Origin: the human T2T-CHM13v2.0 reference genome, Homo sapiens
NCBI RefSeq assembly: GCF_009914755.1
Contig: NC_060931.1
Length of the DNA stretch: 64,000 nt
Direction: 5' to 3' (one strand)
Program-made: the position numbers and the translations under genes
The notes under the pieces: generated by a model
What the model was told of the DNA's origin: nothing
The model's input: the letters and a program-made list of their open reading frames with translations, nothing else
Databases searched by the model: none
Part shown: one piece after another, positions 58,852 to 64,000 of the stretch
Position numbering within the stretch: the stretch's first letter is position 1
Layout: every line of letters starts with the position of its first letter

Positions 58852-61800
58852 CTCTCAAGACATGCTTATTTAGAGGAAGGCACCCTGCTTGTTCTCTTCT
58901 TGTCTTGGATCTCAACATGTATCTTATTTTTCTACCAGACATGTCCATGGCGTCCTGGCATGCCCCACTGTTTTCAAATGTCTGCATGTCCTGTCAGTAC
59001 TGAGTTGTAGCCACCAATCAGTGGAGGTCGTTTATAGAAGGAGAACGAGCTCTGAATAATTTGGGTCTGAGTTTCAGAATTTCTACTCACTTTTAAGCAA
59101 GAATAATCTTCCTTCCCTGTCTTCTGCTAAGGGAGATAAGATATTTATTAATGTTTCCCAATATGATTTCTTTCCCTGCCAGGCAGCCAACAAACTGACT
59201 TGCTGTGGCAAAAGAAAGTTTGGAGGACGATTGAGACGGGTGTGCTCTGGGAAGCAAGCACAGACCCTCCTAGCATTTTTCCTCTTTTCCCAACGGCAAG
59301 GTCAAGATTTGCTTGCCTGCCAAGGTAGTGGGTCCTGATCTTCTGAGCTGTCTGTCCCTCTGATTTTTTGTTCTCCAGGCTCAGGAATTCCTATAGGATT
59401 GCAGAGGCACCTTCAACCTGATAATTTTATATTCTCAGGCTCCTCATGGGTTAGACTGGGGAAGCCAGGGCACCCACTAGGATCGGCCAGCAGCGGTGGC
59501 ACCTTAGGCATGACAGCCAAGCAGAGGGCTGCATGAGTAGAGGTGGGAGAGGTGGGAGAGGCTGCAGTCACTTCCCAGGTACTGTCTGGTGCACTGATTT
59601 CCCTGGAGGAGCCCTGAGAGAGCAGTGCAGGCAGGACCGGAGGGTAGTTTCTGCAGCACGGCCTTTATTTCAGGAATCACCAGAGCCTTTCTCAGTGTTC
59701 CAAAATGCCTTGGCTGACAAGGCTTCTTACTTCCTGGGGTAGGCCAGGGTGCCCTGCAGGGACTGGTTGCCCAAAAACCTCTCACTGAAGAAAAAAACCG
59801 CAGCTAGGTTTTTCTGGGTGGGGAACTGGATGCCAGCCTGGTCCACGCGGCTCTGGGCTCCCAGCATTGGAGAAGAAAAGGAAAAAGGGAAACCAGGTTT
59901 TAATCGAGCTTGATTTTCATTAGCAAATGAAATTTACCTGCTCTCACTTTAACTCTGAGGAGGCTGTCAGCACTGCTCCCTGGCACTATTTCTTTGCATC
60001 CATCCAGCACTAGGATAAACATTCCTTGGTTGATTCTAAAGACACTTTGTATTTCAGGATATTCATGTGCTTTTAATGTATCCAAGCAGCTTTACAAGCC
60101 ACTTTTGCAGAACATCTTAACCCTCTCTCTCCCACCCTAGGTGGGCTGGGGCACAGAGATAATGGCAAAGGAAGAAAGATCCAGAGGAAAAACTGGTTGA
60201 GGGGCTGAGGAGAGAGAAAGAGAAAAGACGAAATCGTCAAACAGTGTAGCACCTCTGAAGCCAAACTTGAGCAGATCATTTGGGAAAGGAGCAAGTGGGG
60301 GACTGCTCTGCTTATGGAGGGAATTTTGAGTGTCCCCATCAGGTGGAAGCTGTACCCTCTTTCTTAAGGGGAAAGGGTTGGTAGGTCCTGAGATCTGGGC
60401 TGAAGTTGGCCAGCGGACAGGGAAATGGTGCATCGAGTCACTCACTCAACCTTTTGTTCCAGATTTTTGTGCATTTGAAACAATAATAAGGCAGTAAAAG
60501 GCTTGAGGCTGTGGGATAGTTTTGGGCTATTGTCACTGTGGTGACCAAATGTTAACATGGTGAAAGTGGAAGTGCAAGGTCCAGGAAGATCTACAGGGAC
60601 CCCCACTTTGCCTTTAAGATCCCTTCATGGGGTGGATCTCAAGGACAGCAGGTTTTTGGAGGAGCAGCTCTCCTGCTGCCTGTAGAGTTTTTTGTTTTGT
60701 TTTTTCAGGTACCACAAAGCCACTAGTGCACAGGGACTCAGAAAAGACGGCAGGAGCCCAAGGAAAACTCCAATTTGAGTACAGCCCTGCCTTGTTTCCC
60801 CCAGAGAGTCCCTGAGCAAGGAGACCTCCACCCCACACACACCATTTCAGAACAACCAGGTTCCAGACTCCCATGAGGAGCATCTCCCACTGCAGAGCCT
60901 TGGCCAGCCGCGCCCGGACTCCTCAGAGCTGGCGCAAACTCCGTCCTCCAAAACTCGGCTCTGGGAGGCCTAAGTGACTCCGAAGCCGGCGGCAGCCGCG
61001 GCAGCGGCCGTGGTGGTGGAAGAGCTCTTTTCCCCGACAGTGCCACTGATCGCTCTTCACTGGAGCTGGAAACAGCCTTCGCGGAAAGGACCGGAGCATG
61101 CGTTAGAAGCAGAGGGAGCTTGGTGAAGGGCTCGGCTGGAAGGAGGAAACGCCTTCTCGCAGTGCGCGGCCAGCCCGCGGGGGACACCGGCTTGCTGGAC
61201 TGCAGGGGCCCGTGCCACCCAGGAAGTGACCTGCGGGTCACTCAGCCGGGGCGCTGGGCGAGCGCGGGACGGCCCGGAGAATTCCGTGCGGCTGCGACGG
61301 GAAAAGGACGAGGGGTCTCTGTACCCGACGCTGCCACTGGCCCAAAGGAATTTTACCCGCGAGCGCCCACCCCACCCTAGCTTGATGCTTACGCCCGCAA
61401 CAAAACAGGAAACCAGGACTGGGCAGTGCATTCTTTAAGTCAACAAATACACTGAAGACTTCGAGCGTTTGAAGGAAGTAGGGGGTTTGCACGTAAGCCT
61501 GGCCCCGCCGGGCTCGGCTTTCTCGCTGAGAAAGCGGCGCAGGCAGCCAGGCGGCCTGGGCCCGCGGGGGTCCATCTCGCCCTAGACTCCTAAGAACTCC
61601 CACGGCCCTGTTCCCAGCTGCGAATTCTTAATGCACAACGCGACGGAGGGAAGGAAATTCACCAGCGCAGCGACGAGGAAGGGGAACTCAGGACCCCTTC
61701 AAGTACACACTGAGGTGTGATCAGAGTTTTATGGGCACTTTATATGCTGTAATCATAACGATGTGTGTGCCTTGATATGCACGCATATTCACGCATCAAA

Positions 61801-62518
61801 CGTGCATACACACACAGAGTGAATGTGCGCATCCAATGTCATGTGGGTGAAATACAAGCATCATACCCAGCCCTACGAAAAAAAAATTCACCCTGTCGGA
61901 CCAGGCTGGTGACATACTTCGCTGGCGCATCTCCTTACTCACTCTTACTTTTCCGACCCCTCACCATTCCCTCTCCTGTGGCTTGGTAAATACACCTGCC
62001 CTCCGTGGAAGGTGAGTCCTGGACTGGCGTTGCCAGGTTCGCATGTCCTCCCCAGAACCTCCGTCTGGCTCCAGGGACTCTCACTGAGCGGGTCTAGAGC
62101 ACCCAGCACTTTTCAAGGAACAGCCGCGGTTCCTTTGTCCCGCGGCTCCAGCCCCGTTCGGCCCAGCTCTCAGGGAAACGAAGCGCTCAGTAAGAACTTT
62201 TGATATTAGTTTGTATGGGTATTTACACTCTGGTGAGGGGAGCTGAGTACGGAAGTTCCATTAATCATACCCCAACCTTGGGTTTAGATATTCAGTTTAT
62301 GGGTTGGGAGAGGGAGTTTGCCGGAAAGAAAGCATCAAGGTTGGCCGCTGACTCCAGAGAAATGAAAAGGGTTAGGTCGTTTTCTGTTTCTGGAAATCAA
62401 GAATTAGGAATGGGCAACTACAGGTGCTAACCAACAGACCACTTTTTTGTTTTTTGGTAGCCCTTTGGCAGGGATAGTTTTTCCACCTTTGCCCGATACA
62501 ATTTAAAAAAAAAAATCC

Positions 62519-62700
62519 TTTTATTATGGAATTTGTCAAACACACACACAAGCATAACAAACCCCTAGGTACCCATCTCCAAGTTTTGACCCCTATTATA
62601 ATTTCATCTTCAGTGTTTTATTATCCACTTCCTCTCTCTCTATCTTTAGTATTTTAAAGTAAATCCCAGATAGCATCACATCATTTCACCCCCACCATAG
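62519..62700 (-). mobile_element. Ancient L1M (L1MB8-like) 3'-end fragment
   Basis: ttttattatggaatttgtcaaacac...acccctaggtacccatc...tattttaaagtaaatcccagatagcatcacatcatttcac resembles the recalled reverse-complement 3' end of L1MB-type elements. Not computed. Confidence 0.55.
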
Positions 62701-64000
62701 GATTTCAAAGATCTGTTATATTTCAAGATTGAGTAAAAGGGCTTGAAATTGGGTTATTGCAATGAAACTCTAGAAAAAGCTTGAGGGTTCACCCAGGAGT
62801 AAGCTGGACAAAAAAGGGGTTTGAGGGGTGGACCCATCTTGCCTAAAAATCTTGTCTCATCTTTCTAAAAATTACATATGAAAGAGGAAGATTTATGTTA
62901 CTTTTTTATATGAGAGAATCGTCCTTTAATAGAAAATTTCTATTGCTGCATCAGAATTATGGAGGAACACAAAAAACATACCTCAGTCCTTAGTGTGTCC
63001 TAAATTAACACATATTCACTTATTAGTGGGTAAATGACTATATTTCATTTCAGCACAACTTCTCCCCTGGTAGAAACTCAAAAGAAATTTCTAATGATTA
63101 AACTAGGAAAGTTTGCACTGAATTGATGGCTTATCAGAGCAACCGCAGTTTTCAGGAAGAAATTCAATGCCATGCGTTGAAAATATCCCCCTAGCAATAA
63201 GGGATTATTTTTAAAAAAGAATGAATAAAGATGTTCTGGTTTCTTTTGTTTTAATCTGGTAGTCTCATTTACAACGAGCATGATTCTCCCTGTCGAACTC
63301 TGAAAGTGACTTAACTGAAAGGCTTGGCAACTTCAGAAAGCAAAAAGGTAAAAACAGAAAATAGCACACGGTTGAATTTGACAACTTTTACACTACCCGG
63401 CTGCTTAATAAATTCTAACCCCACTTGTCTGAGTGGATACTGATCATCTTTTCTATGGCAGTATTTTGTATTTGGGTTGTTTATGGTTTCTTAATTAATT
63501 TTTTTGAGTAGTGATTAAATATCTGGGATGCTTTTACACTAAGCATATAAATTCTCATGGTATTAGAAAAGAGCTATTTGATGAAACTCATAAGGGGTAT
63601 GTAAATTAAAAAAGAGAAGAAAGTGTGTGTACATATTTTACAATAATCTCGAACAACTCCAACTATATGTTGCAGAAGCCATGAGCTCTCTGCCCACTGT
63701 CTGTGGGGTATCAGCAAGATTGACTCCTACCAAGCCTTGGGCACAGTGGTGGGTTTAAGGGTCCCATGTCTCCAGATCCTAAGATGGAGTTCACCGCAGG
63801 GGTGAGGGCTCGGGTCAGGGTAAGGGTGGGGACTGCAGAAGTCAAACAATTCGGAGGAAGAGGGAGAGGGGAAGAGAGAAGCCACAGACAAGCCAGGAGA
63901 CAAAGAGGAAGGGAGAGATGGGAGGGAGAAGAATAAGAAGCAATGAAACTGTAATTCTCCACAAAAATTTAAGCTACAGCAGCTCAAAGAAGGCCTGTTT

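Larger units (their letters stand above)
56400..63250 (+). ncRNA. HOTTIP: HOXA transcript at the distal tip (approximate extent)
   Basis: Divergent from the HOXA13 promoter. 101-nt intron CAG|gtaatt...tttctttccag| at 56511-56611, candidate second intron 58626-60708, AATAAA at 63224-63229 and 63407-63412. Confidence 0.75.

Overview
This window is the 5' (posterior) half of the human HOXA cluster (7p15.2). It starts just upstream of HOXA5, which lies outside the window. It contains six two-exon homeobox genes on the minus strand: HOXA6 (233 aa), HOXA7 (230 aa), HOXA9 (272 aa), HOXA10 (410 aa), HOXA11 (313 aa) and HOXA13. For each gene I verified the GT/AG junctions and reading-frame closure by hand. 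Also present are MIR196B, an alternative HOXA10 first exon, a distal minus-strand first exon between HOXA6 and HOXA7, the plus-strand lncRNAs HOXA-AS3, HOXA10-AS, HOXA11-AS and HOTTIP (boundaries approximate), CTCF boundary motifs, CDX/HOX site clusters and microsatellites. Transposons are almost absent; I see only a MER103C-like and an L1M-like fossil. This locus is intensively studied and I found no new protein-coding system. The most notable observations are: (1) the haplotype is not the canonical one, because HOXA13 polyalanine tract III has 12 rather than 18 Ala (382-aa protein); (2) uAUG/uORFs recur just upstream of the HOXA7/9/10/11/13 start codons, including a chained UAAUG + AUGA stop-start relay at HOXA7 and an AUGA overlap at HOXA13; (3) all introns are phase 1, allowing in-frame cross-gene splicing; (4) an E-box-N8-10-CCAAT promoter module recurs four times; (5) a dense miR-196 site cluster in the HOXA7 3'UTR is covered by an antisense lncRNA. 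Gene and lncRNA names and reference lengths are recalled from knowledge, not from a database search.
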